A stretch of DNA of 64,000 nt, from positions 97,084-161,083 of the forward strand of contig CAYNQR010000002.1 in NCBI GenBank assembly GCA_964399425.1, read 5' to 3'. Origin of the DNA: an uncultured Dehalococcoidales bacterium (GTDB lineage Bacteria > Chloroflexota > Dehalococcoidia > Dehalococcoidales > UBA5627). This document shows, in pieces, positions 16,028-25,979 of this stretch; position 1 is the first letter of the stretch; each line of letters begins with the position of its first letter. The position numbers were made by a program, and so were the translations under genes. Under the pieces are notes generated by a model, which was given only the letters and a program-made list of their open reading frames with translations, did no database searches and was not told where the DNA came from.

Positions 16028-17836
16028 TTAAGGCTGATTAATGTAAATCTGCGTATGACCGTTGTTGTAAATCATATTGTGCAGTGACAGTTGTCCGAGA
16101 TACTCAATCCATTGCGAATCGGTGGCTTCTATCGGAAAGGTCGAACTGTAAGGCTGCGCAAATCTTTCTGCAACGGCAAAAAGGGCTGTTTTCGAAGATG
16201 ATTCGAACCTTCCGATTTGTTTTTGGACGGAAAGCCATAAATCCTCTTCACTTGCCAAATCCCAAGATTGCGCCGGATGGGATAGTTCGGCATCTGGTAT
16301 AAAATAAACGAACGAATAAACGGTTATGATATCGGATATAAAAAGCAATTCCTTTTCATCATAATATCCGCTTACAAATTCTCCGGCGAAAAGTTCATAT
16401 TCGTAAACGGATTGCGTATCGATATCCGAATGGTTAACCAGAAAGGTCGGGAATGACAGAATCAATAACAACAGGGGAACTGCAACCAGTGAATACTTAT
16501 TGGCTTTCCTCTCGTTTTGAATAAGAGGTGTATTCATCAGTTGCATATATATTTTTTCCTGCCTGGTAACGGATATGAATTTTATAATAATCGGCGCCGC
16601 TAAAAACGGGATATACATCAGCGCTCTGCCCCACTGGGTTCCTTCTTCGAAGGCAAAAATTGCGACGGCGGAAGCAAGTAATATCCCCCAAAGTCCGCCC
16701 GTTTCGATAGTCTCGATTGAATCGAGTTTCTTAATCCTGAACAGATTTCTCATCGCCAGAATAACACCGGAAAGATAGAGCGTCAGCAGCCAGAAGTACC
16801 TCGTCAGGCTTGCCCACAATGGAGTAGCTTCCCCAAGCGATTGGGAAGCAGTGCCCAGCATAGGGAGCAACCTTTCCAGCGGATTGGAAAATGCGGCAAG
16901 GAAATCCTCGATATGTCCTGTTAACCCTTCGAACATGCGCGTTGCCCAGAACATTTCCCAGATAATAAATATTACACCGCAAAGCAGTAGAAGAATCAGG
17001 TTGACCGTTTTTTGTTTGGTTATCCTGCCGGTTATATAAATTCCACCGAGAGCGAAGATAAAAAATACCGGTATCGGAACATAAGTTATCGTAAGCGCGG
17101 CAAAACAGATGATAAACAGGCTGATGACAGCCGGTTTGGACATGACGCCGCCTTTTATTAAAAAATACAGCAGTATTACAAAGAAAATTATCGCCGTGAT
17201 GCCTGCGTGAAACATGGTTCTTGTGATAAGCATGGCGCCGAATACCAGAAACAGCACAGCCAGCGATGCCATCTGCGGATTTTTTATGGAGCGGGCAAAC
17301 AGCAGGTACAGCAGAACTGCCAGCAGCACACGACAGGATATAAGGAAAAAGGGGCGCAGCTCCGTTATTTCCAACCCCGATATCTCGGAAAGAGCGAATC
17401 CCGTCAGGTGAAGTCCCGGATACTGGAAATAAGCCAGATTGACGTGGTCGAACGCTATGCTGCCGGTTTGAGACAGATATTGAACATGACCCATATTTAC
17501 CAATCCGTCGGCATAACCTCCGTATGGAGCAACAATCACCCAGAATCCGAAGACGACAACGGCAAAGATGCCCACCAGCGTAACCCTCTGCCATTCGCCG
17601 GTGCTGTCCAGCAGCAACAGCAACAGCAACAGTACCGCCATCCATGAAACAAAAATAATCCCGAAGAGCCACAGGTTGTCGCCGAAAATGTAGAGGGATT
17701 CTACGGCATGATATTCGAATTCAAGCTGTACCGGAAAAAGCAGGATTGCCGAAGTAAGCGACAGCAAAAATATCCACAACAGCAGGCGGACAACCCCCGG
17801 CAGGGAGAACGATTTCGCTATTGCATTTTCATACAT
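16028..17836 (-). CDS. Polytopic membrane protein, possible GT-C-fold glycan transferase or polymerase
   Basis: About 12-14 hydrophobic segments, loop motif YADGLVNMGHV..YFQYPGLH, soluble C-terminal tail, position inside the glycosylation operon. GT-C assignment is inference. Confidence 0.6.
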   Translation of the reverse strand: MYENAIAKSFSLPGVVRLLLWIFLLSLTSAILLFPVQLEFEYHAVESLYIFGDNLWLFGIIFVSWMAVLLLLLLLLDSTGEWQRVTLVGIFAVVVFGFWVIVAPYGGYADGLVNMGHVQYLSQTGSIAFDHVNLAYFQYPGLHLTGFALSEISGLEITELRPFFLISCRVLLAVLLYLLFARSIKNPQMASLAVLFLVFGAMLITRTMFHAGITAIIFFVILLYFLIKGGVMSKPAVISLFIICFAALTITYVPIPVFFIFALGGIYITGRITKQKTVNLILLLLCGVIFIIWEMFWATRMFEGLTGHIEDFLAAFSNPLERLLPMLGTASQSLGEATPLWASLTRYFWLLTLYLSGVILAMRNLFRIKKLDSIETIETGGLWGILLASAVAIFAFEEGTQWGRALMYIPFLAAPIIIKFISVTRQEKIYMQLMNTPLIQNERKANKYSLVAVPLLLLILSFPTFLVNHSDIDTQSVYEYELFAGEFVSGYYDEKELLFISDIITVYSFVYFIPDAELSHPAQSWDLASEEDLWLSVQKQIGRFESSSKTALFAVAERFAQPYSSTFPIEATDSQWIEYLGQLSLHNMIYNNGHTQIYINQP

Positions 17837-17848
17837 CTTATGCCAGAC

Positions 17849-18817
17849 TCATCCTTCTTCCGTGTTTTGCAGCGAAGCTGTGAAATAAACGGTGCGTCCC
17901 TGCTTTATTACAATCGCTTTTAACGGCAAAGTAATTAGCGATAATAAGGGAAAGAATACTTTCAGGTATAACCTGCCTGCCAGCCCAAGCGCTTTTTTAC
18001 GCAGGCTTTTACTCTTTCCCTCCGTGTGGACGGCGTTCTGTTTGGCGACAGACTTGCCGGCAAACATTTCGGCCGCTTTATTGATGCCCAGTTTTCGGCT
18101 GATGAAGTTGCTCCAGGCGCGTTCGTATAGTCTGGGCGGCTCGACTTCTGCCGTTATTACGGTGAAGCCGCAACCGCTAAAGACCTTTTCCAGCGACGAA
18201 ACATTCCAGCGGGTGAGATGGCAGGGTGGCAGGTCCCAGTTCTCTCTGAAAAAACGCTCCGATTTTACCCTCCAGCGGTCGCGGTTGGGAACACTGATAA
18301 CTACAATCCCCCCGGGTTTCAAGAGCTTTTTTATACAATCGATGAAATCGGGAATATCTTCGATATGCTCCAGCACCTGGAAAAAGGCGATTAGGTTGTA
18401 CTTTTCGTTCCGCTTATGTGCCGTCAGCTCCTGAATTGTAAACGGGAAAACGTCCTTCAATCCGTAATGAGTTCGCGCAAAATTTACAGTTTCCGCAGAA
18501 GAATCGATTCCGGTTACCGAATATCCCGCCCGGCGCGCTTTTTCTAAAAACTCGCCGCTGCTGCATCCGATTTCAAGCAGTTTGCCTTCCTTATGCGGCA
18601 TATCCTCAAAAAAGCGTTTGTGCGCCCATGGCACTGACCGCAGGTTAAGATAGGTCAATGCCCCGGCTACATTATAGGAGTCATAAATTTCACCCGGGAC
18701 ACCTTTCATCGGCAGCCAGAACATCGCATCACAGGTTTCGCAGTGATACAGGCTGTATTCCCTGTGGATGCTTATTTTCCATGCGCTAGTTGCCTGTCGG
18801 CATATCTGGCATTTCAT
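17849..18817 (-). CDS. Class I SAM-dependent methyltransferase with N-terminal Cys4 motif
   Basis: CQIC..CETC, LLEIGCSSGEFL, GIDSS, FQVLEHI, LKPGGIVVISVPN, PCHLTRW. Confidence 0.9.
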   Translation of the reverse strand: MKCQICRQATSAWKISIHREYSLYHCETCDAMFWLPMKGVPGEIYDSYNVAGALTYLNLRSVPWAHKRFFEDMPHKEGKLLEIGCSSGEFLEKARRAGYSVTGIDSSAETVNFARTHYGLKDVFPFTIQELTAHKRNEKYNLIAFFQVLEHIEDIPDFIDCIKKLLKPGGIVVISVPNRDRWRVKSERFFRENWDLPPCHLTRWNVSSLEKVFSGCGFTVITAEVEPPRLYERAWSNFISRKLGINKAAEMFAGKSVAKQNAVHTEGKSKSLRKKALGLAGRLYLKVFFPLLSLITLPLKAIVIKQGRTVYFTASLQNTEEG

Positions 18818-18838
18818 TTCGATTCGTAATCCTTATCC

Positions 18839-20041
18839 TTATAATTTATAGACTTCTATCATCCCGGCAGCCATTTTCTCGGCGGAATAATTTTCTTCGA
18901 CTGTTTTTCTGGCAAAAGCGCCCATTTTTATTCGCTCCTGCGGATTATCCAGCAGGTAATTAATTTTTTCTGCAAGCTGTTTTTCATCGGCGGGGTCGAT
19001 GATAAATCCGCTCTTTCCGTCTGCGATGCGGCGCGGCATGGTGCCGACACGCGTGCCGATTACCGGTTTGCCGCTTGCCATTGCCTCGATTTGCACCTGC
19101 GGGTCGAGGTCGACTATGGAAGGAATCACCACCATATCGCAGGCGGCATACAATTTTATCTTGTCGTCGATCGGTACAGAGCCGGTAAATGTAACTTTTT
19201 TGCGCAATGCATAATCACCGACCAGCCGGTTTACTCTTTCAGCGTAACCGCCGGATGCATTGTTATGCGCATCGAATTGTTCCGGGGGTCCGACAATCAA
19301 AAGGCGCACGTTATCCTTGACGCAGCGGTTTATCACGATATCGGCGGCTTTTATCAGGTATTCCACGCCCTTATCGGCGCATATCCTGCCCACGAAAAGC
19401 ACCATATTATCGTTTCCCATGTAATATTTTTTACGGATTTCTTCGATTTCATGTTTCGGGTTGTACTGAACCGTATCGACGCCGATGGGAACTATCAAAA
19501 CCCTGCCGGCTTCCACCTTTGCCTGCCTTACCAGTTTTCCCGCTATGACCTCATTGGCGATAGTCGTTTTATTTACTCTCTTAACGAGTTGATTTTCCAA
19601 CCACAAGGCAATCTTGTCGGCAATCCCGGGTGATTTTTTGTCTCTACGCAGCCCGACACTGGTATAGAACAGCTTTTTCCTTATGCGTCTGTTTAAAAAT
19701 GCCAGTACAAGACCGAGCATTACGGTGTATAAATGAACAACCTCGATGTCAGAGGTCTTTTTCAGGTATTTATTTACACTCAGCCCGAAACAGATTTGCG
19801 TCAGCACAAAATTTACCGTAAATCCCAGTCTTTTAAAACGCGGCGATTCCAGCCTGACGATTTTTAATCCGTCGATATACTCCACTTCGGCATCAGCGGC
19901 ATTATATTTGCGGTCGATAAGCGTGACAATATGACCCATATCGGAAAACTGTCTGGACAGATTCAGAATAAAAGCTTCCGCTCCGCCGCCCTCTTGCGGG
20001 GGAATGCGCACCCAGCCGCCGCTGACCAGTATTATATTCAT
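18839..20041 (-). CDS. Glycosyltransferase family 4 (GT-B)
   Basis: GGAEAF, LFVGRICADKGVEYLI, IEAMASGKPVI, GFIIDP..LAEKI. Confidence 0.9.
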   Translation of the reverse strand: MNIILVSGGWVRIPPQEGGGAEAFILNLSRQFSDMGHIVTLIDRKYNAADAEVEYIDGLKIVRLESPRFKRLGFTVNFVLTQICFGLSVNKYLKKTSDIEVVHLYTVMLGLVLAFLNRRIRKKLFYTSVGLRRDKKSPGIADKIALWLENQLVKRVNKTTIANEVIAGKLVRQAKVEAGRVLIVPIGVDTVQYNPKHEIEEIRKKYYMGNDNMVLFVGRICADKGVEYLIKAADIVINRCVKDNVRLLIVGPPEQFDAHNNASGGYAERVNRLVGDYALRKKVTFTGSVPIDDKIKLYAACDMVVIPSIVDLDPQVQIEAMASGKPVIGTRVGTMPRRIADGKSGFIIDPADEKQLAEKINYLLDNPQERIKMGAFARKTVEENYSAEKMAAGMIEVYKL

Positions 20042-20841
20042 TATTTCTCTTTTATTCCCGTAATCAGTAAATCCGAACCGTTGAAAGGCTTTTTAAGCAC
20101 TTTGTTGCCGATTGAGAATACCCAACAGCGGATTTTAACCAGAATTTTTATAGCAATCAGGCTCAGGAATGCCTTAACGCCGTTTTGGGATTTGGGGGGC
20201 AGGGGCGGCATACCGCCCGTGTAACAGGATGATAAATAAATTTCGGTTATCCCGTATTTTATTAATGCGCTCAGGTAAACATGGTGTTTATTGATGGTGC
20301 GGTTGGGGGTATCCCAGCCTTCTTTCAAGACCCAGCTGCGCATCAGCGGCAAATCCTCCACCCGGCGGCTGAAGCGTACCGCCGCACAGGATTCGTTGGG
20401 TTCTGCCAGAGCGATTATGCCAGCCGGTTTTAAAACGCGCACCAGTTCGGAAACAGCTTTATTTACATCGGGAAAGTGATGCAGTACCCATCCGCAGTAA
20501 CAGATATCGAAGGTATTATCGGCAAAAGGCAGGTTCTCCAAATCTCCCTGCTGCGCCTTGAAATTGACGCCTTTGAGTCCGGCTCTTTTATTAGCCATAT
20601 CGACTGCGGCAGGCGAAATCTCGATTCCGTGTACTTCATTTCCCTGCTTTGCCAGCATTATGCCGTAGGTGCCGGGACCGCAGCCGGCATCGAGGATTTT
20701 CTTGCCGCTGACGGATACCAGTCCCAGCAGTTCCAGGTGCGAAAGCCGCACGCGGTATCCGCGCGTATCTTCCAGCCAGTCGTCTTCCGGCGTGCCGCTG
20801 CCGACCAGCATTTCGGTTGCTTTATCCTGTACTTCTGCCAT
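20041..20841 (-). CDS. Class I SAM-dependent methyltransferase (Methyltransf_11-like)
   Basis: ILDAGCGPG, GIEIS, GDLENLPFADNTFD, VLHHFPD, RVLKPAG. Confidence 0.9.
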   Translation of the reverse strand: MAEVQDKATEMLVGSGTPEDDWLEDTRGYRVRLSHLELLGLVSVSGKKILDAGCGPGTYGIMLAKQGNEVHGIEISPAAVDMANKRAGLKGVNFKAQQGDLENLPFADNTFDICYCGWVLHHFPDVNKAVSELVRVLKPAGIIALAEPNESCAAVRFSRRVEDLPLMRSWVLKEGWDTPNRTINKHHVYLSALIKYGITEIYLSSCYTGGMPPLPPKSQNGVKAFLSLIAIKILVKIRCWVFSIGNKVLKKPFNGSDLLITGIKEK

Positions 20842-20870
20842 TACTTATCCCTTTCTAAATCTTAGCGATG

Positions 20871-21884
20871 TCATTGTTTTCTTGCCCGTTCGGATTTATA
20901 GAGTTGATAGGCGATTTTAACCGCTGCCAGTCCGTCCTCCCCGTTTGCCATCGGCTCACGGTTTTCTCTTATGGCATTTGCAAACTCGCTCCATTCCTCT
21001 TCCCAGGAAACATCTCTGCCGCGGTATTCGATAACTTCTTCTTTAAACGGCTCCAGAAAAGCCCTTTTACCGAGGATGGCTTTCTCGGTTCCGTAGCTGC
21101 CGCCCAACCCCTCCACAATAATGTATCCGTCTTTGCCGAATATCTCGAAACGGAATAAATTTTTCCATTGAGTCCAACCGGCATAAAGTGATGCAATCTT
21201 GCCGCTATCTGTTCGTAAAAGGCAGAAGACATTGTCTTCGAGCGGTGCAATATTCCAGAACCCGGTTTGCAGAAAACCGCTGACTTCTGTAAAATCGCCC
21301 AGAAACCAGCGTGCCAGGTCTATAATATGCATCCCCTGGTCCATCAATTGTCCGCCTCCGCCGATGTCTTTGTTTGCCCTCCAGTCCTTGTCGTAATCCT
21401 GCCTGCCGCCGATACCGTATGCCGAACGGATAAACAGCAATTCGCCGATAACCCCGCTATCGACCCATTTTCTGGCCTGTTGAACGGCAGGATGATGGCG
21501 GTGGTTGAATCCGCATTTCAATTTCAGACATTTTTGGCGCGCCAGTTCAACTATTATTTCGGCTTCTCCGGGGTTGCGAGCCAGCGGTTTCTCACATAAA
21601 ACATGCTTGCCGTTTTCCAAAGCAGCGGCGCACATCGGCAAATGGCAATCCGGCGGAGTGCAAACTAAGATAACATCGATATCCTTCCGGCAGACCAGCT
21701 GCTGCCAGCTATCGGTCTGTTCGCAGTTCATATCGTTAGCCAGGCATTTTGCCTGCTCGCATAAATCAGAGGAGACAGCCACCAGTTCGACATCTTTAAA
21801 GCAGCGCAACGCTTCCGCTCTGCGCCTGCCCATCAGTCCGGTGCCGATAATACCAGCTCGAATCTTGCTCCCGTTATCTACCAT
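20871..21884 (-). CDS. Gfo/Idh/MocA family oxidoreductase
   Basis: GIIGTGLMG, HVLCEKPLA, GFNHRHHP, GGGQLMDQGMH. Confidence 0.9.
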   Translation of the reverse strand: MVDNGSKIRAGIIGTGLMGRRRAEALRCFKDVELVAVSSDLCEQAKCLANDMNCEQTDSWQQLVCRKDIDVILVCTPPDCHLPMCAAALENGKHVLCEKPLARNPGEAEIIVELARQKCLKLKCGFNHRHHPAVQQARKWVDSGVIGELLFIRSAYGIGGRQDYDKDWRANKDIGGGGQLMDQGMHIIDLARWFLGDFTEVSGFLQTGFWNIAPLEDNVFCLLRTDSGKIASLYAGWTQWKNLFRFEIFGKDGYIIVEGLGGSYGTEKAILGKRAFLEPFKEEVIEYRGRDVSWEEEWSEFANAIRENREPMANGEDGLAAVKIAYQLYKSERARKQ

Positions 21885-22726
21885 TTAAAACCCCTGTCTT
21901 CGGGTATAATCCTGCGCATCGTATAAACGTCGGATTTTCTGATATCTTCCAGGTGATTTTTGCTGTCTCTCCAGTTGTCCCACAGCAGACTGACCAGCCT
22001 GCCCGATAAACCGTCCGCTTCGGCTGACGCCAGATAAACCGCCAGTTCGGCAACCTTTTCCGGCGGCACGCCGCCATCTTCTTTTTGTTTCAATATCTTA
22101 GTCTTGAAATCGACCCCGACGGCATCGCCGGCCGCCAGCGCTTCGTCCAGCAACCTGGTATTGACCGGCCCGGGAGCGATGGCGTTGACATCTATGTTAT
22201 AGTCCCTGACCTCGCTGGCGATGGTTTCCGTAAGCCTGATAACACCGGCCTTGGATGTGCCGTAGGCGCTGAAGCGCGGCAGAGGGGAAGCCCCTCCTCC
22301 TCCCGACATATTGACGATTTTACCCCGGTTGTTCTTCATCATTATTGGTAGTACCGCCCGCATGCACAAGAACGTTCCGCAAAGGTTGATATTGATGGTC
22401 GCCAGCCAGTGCCGGACGTCATTATCCGTTATCAAACCGATGGGGCCGTATATGCCGGCGCAGTTCACCAGAATATCCACCGTACCGAATTTTTCCAGCA
22501 CGAATTTAACCATCTCATCGACTTCTTCCGGCTTCGAGACGTCCGCCTGAAAGGTTTCGATGCGTACTCCCTTAATCTCTTTAACATTTTCGAACTGCGT
22601 TTTATCGTTTGAAACCACTACGAGGTCGGCGCCTTCGGCGGCAAAGGCTTTCGACATTGCCAGCCCGATACCCAGGCTGCCGCCTGTGATAATCGCCACT
22701 TTGCCTTTAAATTGCATATTATTCAC
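21878..22726 (-). CDS. Classical SDR oxidoreductase
   Basis: TGGSLGIG, VNCAG, NMSGGG, catalytic YGTSK, IAPGPVNT. Confidence 0.9.
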   Translation of the reverse strand: MNNMQFKGKVAIITGGSLGIGLAMSKAFAAEGADLVVVSNDKTQFENVKEIKGVRIETFQADVSKPEEVDEMVKFVLEKFGTVDILVNCAGIYGPIGLITDNDVRHWLATININLCGTFLCMRAVLPIMMKNNRGKIVNMSGGGGASPLPRFSAYGTSKAGVIRLTETIASEVRDYNIDVNAIAPGPVNTRLLDEALAAGDAVGVDFKTKILKQKEDGGVPPEKVAELAVYLASAEADGLSGRLVSLLWDNWRDSKNHLEDIRKSDVYTMRRIIPEDRGFKW

Positions 22727-24017
22727 CCCTTCCGATACCCAGATAAGAAAATCCCAGCTTTTTCATCTGCTCCATATCGAGCATATTCCTGGCGTCGATT
22801 AAAACGGGTTTCTTCATTAAATTCTTTATCCTGTCATAATCCAGCAGCCTGAATTCCGGCCATTCGGTAATTAATATCAGCGCGTCGCTGTTTTCGGCAA
22901 CGGTGTAGGCATTATCGAGAAAATCGAACTCGATGTGCTGTTTTACTTCGTGCATATCCGCCTTCGGGTCGAAAGCTTTCACCCTGGCTCCCTTTTTAAC
23001 CAGTTCTGCGATTATTTCCAGTGAAGACGAGCGGCGCAGCGTGCTGGTACCCGGTTTATAGGTAATACCCAAAACACCGATATTCAAACCTTTTACAAAG
23101 CCGAAGACTTTCTCCAGTTTGCGGATAACTATACCGTTTTGCCTTTTATTGACGGTTAGCACACTGTCAATCAGCAGGGTTTCATAGTTATGGTCTCTAC
23201 CTGCTTTTTTCAGGATTTTCAGGTCGCGCGCCAGTGTGCCGCCGGCAAATCCGAGCCCGGGCAGTAACGGGATGCCATTGCCGATGCGGCTTTCCGAGCG
23301 CAGTGCCTGCGCTACTTTCAGGGTGTCGGCGCCGACCTCGTCGCAGATATTGGCAATTTCACTGCCGAAGCTAATCGAGGTTGCCAGGAAGGCATTCAGG
23401 GCATGCTTGGTCATCTCGGCGCTTTTTGTGTCCATCCTGATTACAGGTGCAGGTATGACACTGAAAAACTTTTCTACTTTGTCCAGGACAACATCCGAAT
23501 CGGCTCCGATTACTATGCGGTCTGGCTTTTTAAAATAGACGATGGCTTTCCCCAGCCTGAGGTTTTCAGGGCAGCAGGCGACATCGAAATCGAGAACCGG
23601 ATTTTCTTTCTTTATCATAGTCCTGATAGTATGGCAGGTTCCCACCGGCACCTGGCTGCTGATAATCAGTATGCATTCGTTTTTCAGATAAGGGGCAATC
23701 CTTTTGCAGGCATCCGTTACCGGTGAAAGGTCTACTTCGTCGTTATCGTCGACCGGCGTATCGAAGGCAATAATAACATTCGGACAATTACTGACGGCAT
23801 TTTCTATACCTGTTGTATAGATGAGCCTTCCCGCCTTGATATTGGCAGCAATCAACTCTTCCAGCCCCGGTTCGAACAGGGGCGGAATCCCGTTATTCAG
23901 ATTTTGTACCCTTTCGGCGTCATAATCCGCTCCGCTGACCTGATATCCGAAGTCGGCTAAGCAGGCGGAATAGACGCAACCGAGATGCCAGAGACCGATT
24001 ACACAGACTTTTTCCAA
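22719..24017 (-). CDS. UDP-glucose/GDP-mannose dehydrogenase family protein, catalytic Cys replaced by Thr
   Basis: VIGLWHLG, PLFEPGL, FDTP, PENLRLG, EMTKHALNAFLA, GFAGGTLARD. Start set at TTG 24017 behind an AAGGAG RBS. Confidence 0.85.
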   Translation of the reverse strand: MEKVCVIGLWHLGCVYSACLADFGYQVSGADYDAERVQNLNNGIPPLFEPGLEELIAANIKAGRLIYTTGIENAVSNCPNVIIAFDTPVDDNDEVDLSPVTDACKRIAPYLKNECILIISSQVPVGTCHTIRTMIKKENPVLDFDVACCPENLRLGKAIVYFKKPDRIVIGADSDVVLDKVEKFFSVIPAPVIRMDTKSAEMTKHALNAFLATSISFGSEIANICDEVGADTLKVAQALRSESRIGNGIPLLPGLGFAGGTLARDLKILKKAGRDHNYETLLIDSVLTVNKRQNGIVIRKLEKVFGFVKGLNIGVLGITYKPGTSTLRRSSSLEIIAELVKKGARVKAFDPKADMHEVKQHIEFDFLDNAYTVAENSDALILITEWPEFRLLDYDRIKNLMKKPVLIDARNMLDMEQMKKLGFSYLGIGRGE

Positions 24018-24024
24018 GTTGTTT

Positions 24025-24966
24025 TTACTCCTTGCCAAGCAGTCTTCCGGCGGCGATGCGCACCGCTTCATCGGACGAATGTTTCGGCGACCACCCCAGT
24101 TGTTTTACCTTGTCGATATTGAAATGAACATAGGGAGCATCGCCGCGCCAGCCGCGGCTGCCGCCGCTGTATTTGTATTTAACATCCCTCAATCCCATTT
24201 CTTCACAAACGATATCGGCGACACCTGTTATAGAGCTGTAAGTATCGGTGCCCAGGTTGAATACATCGCAGTCTTTATTAGATTTTTCAAAAACGGTCAG
24301 CATTCCTTCGATACAATCCTCTACCATAAAAAAGTTCTTCTCCTGTTTGCCGTCGCCCAGTATTTCCAGTTCTTGCGGATTGTTTTTCAGCTTTTGAATG
24401 AAATCGTAAATAACCCCATGCCACATATGTCCGCCGACAACATTGCCGAAGCGATAGATGCAGGAATGCATATCGAACAGGTGGCAGTATGCGGAAATCA
24501 TTCCTTCGCAGGCCAGTTTAGCGGCGCCGTAGAGTGAGATGGTAAGCAGCGGGCCGTCCGTTTCCGCCAGCGGTTTGGGCGGCATATCGCCGTAAACGGT
24601 GGCGCTGGAGGCAAACATCAGGTTTTTTATTCCCGACTTCCGCATGCATTCCAGTACGTTATAGGTGCCGATGGTGCAGTTCTTGAGGTCGAAGTCGGTC
24701 ATATTATTGCCTTTAACGATATCCGTATTGGCAGCCAGGTGCCAGACGATATCATGCCCGGGCATAGATTCATTCAACGCCCCGACATCCAGAATATCCG
24801 CCTGGATAAATTGAAAATGCGGTTTGCCGATGTGATGTTCGATTAGTTTTTTATTTCCGGTAACCAGGTTATCATAGACGGTAACCGTATGACCGTCTTT
24901 TAACAGCCTTTCGACAATATGACTTCCGATAAAGCCGGAGCCGCCGGTAAGAAAGTATTTTGACAT
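24025..24966 (-). CDS. NAD-dependent nucleotide-sugar epimerase/dehydratase
   Basis: TGGSGFIGSH, DNLVTG, HLAA, FASSATVYG, YGAAK, RFGNVVG. Confidence 0.9.
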   Translation of the reverse strand: MSKYFLTGGSGFIGSHIVERLLKDGHTVTVYDNLVTGNKKLIEHHIGKPHFQFIQADILDVGALNESMPGHDIVWHLAANTDIVKGNNMTDFDLKNCTIGTYNVLECMRKSGIKNLMFASSATVYGDMPPKPLAETDGPLLTISLYGAAKLACEGMISAYCHLFDMHSCIYRFGNVVGGHMWHGVIYDFIQKLKNNPQELEILGDGKQEKNFFMVEDCIEGMLTVFEKSNKDCDVFNLGTDTYSSITGVADIVCEEMGLRDVKYKYSGGSRGWRGDAPYVHFNIDKVKQLGWSPKHSSDEAVRIAAGRLLGKE

Positions 24967-25004
24967 TTCTATCCTCCCCAGATATTTTTACTTAACGGAT
25001 GATA

Positions 25005-25979
25005 TTAATTATTTATTTCATTAAACTCTAATTTATATGATGGAAAGGGAACCAGATATCCGATTGCACTGGATGTTAAAATTACAGTAATAAGATATAA
25101 ATGCTTTACAGCAGTTGATGGATTGACAAACATTTTTTTAGGCAAGCTTACCAAACGCTTAAAAACGCCCTTCAATACCTGATTCTCTTGTTCAAAAGAC
25201 CCGAATTCGTCATTATAGTATTTTCTGATGATTCGTCTGGTAGAACCTATATGGTGTGACCTTTGTACAAGAAACCTGAAACTTAACCGTCTTGCTATTA
25301 CCCTGTGCCAAACACGGGGCATCGGATTAAATACTATCGATTTTCCTGTTTTCCTTCTTATTCTAAGTGAAAATTCAATATCTTCGGAAATGGGTTTGTC
25401 GCGGTGCCCGTCGGAAAAACCGGCATTGCAGGAAAATCTACAGCCGTCAGAAAACGCCTCTCTTCTGAACGCCATATTTGAACCGAAAGCCCCTCTTACT
25501 ATGCGGGGTACTTCCCAGCCTGTCCAGGCAGTACAACTTATCAACCAGTAGAATTCCTGCGGCAGCCATTTTAATGAATTGTTTTCCCACAAAGGGAAAG
25601 CAGTGCCGGTGACCCCTATAGTTGAATCGCTGTTAAAAGCCTTGACCGTTTCTTCAGCCCAGTCGGGGAACAACACAACATCATCATCTACAAATGCTAT
25701 GATATCTCCTTCGGCATTTTCTATGCCCAGATTCCGCGACATCGAAAGGCCGAGCTTTTCCGTGCTGAAAACAATACGCATCCTTTCGATTTGTCGTTCT
25801 TTAATAAAAGCATCGAGCTTGTCGCGTAACTCCTCAGAACGCTCGACCACAAAAATAGTTTCCATATTGCGGCAGGTCTGCTTTTTAACGGATTCCAGCA
25901 GTTCGTAGATATCGTTCAGCCTTTCCGTAGTGTAGGAAGTTATTACCAGCGAAAGCGATAAATCACGATTTTCGTTCAT
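25005..25979 (-). CDS. Glycosyltransferase family 2
   Basis: SLVITSY, GLSMSRNLG, IIAFVDDD, GSNMAFRRE, SEDIEFSLR. Confidence 0.9.
   Translation of the reverse strand: MNENRDLSLSLVITSYTTERLNDIYELLESVKKQTCRNMETIFVVERSEELRDKLDAFIKERQIERMRIVFSTEKLGLSMSRNLGIENAEGDIIAFVDDDVVLFPDWAEETVKAFNSDSTIGVTGTAFPLWENNSLKWLPQEFYWLISCTAWTGWEVPRIVRGAFGSNMAFRREAFSDGCRFSCNAGFSDGHRDKPISEDIEFSLRIRRKTGKSIVFNPMPRVWHRVIARRLSFRFLVQRSHHIGSTRRIIRKYYNDEFGSFEQENQVLKGVFKRLVSLPKKMFVNPSTAVKHLYLITVILTSSAIGYLVPFPSYKLEFNEINN

Noticed and set aside
16731-17672. 313-aa alternative-frame ORF within the membrane protein gene
   Set aside because: Same-strand frame shadow with Arg/Cys-rich, non-protein-like composition and no RBS.
24018-24071. 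N-terminal extensions given by the ORF track (also 6180-6233, 30543-30608, 58788-58793)
   Set aside because: They overlap upstream genes or precede the RBS; better starts with SD or stop-start overlap lie downstream.
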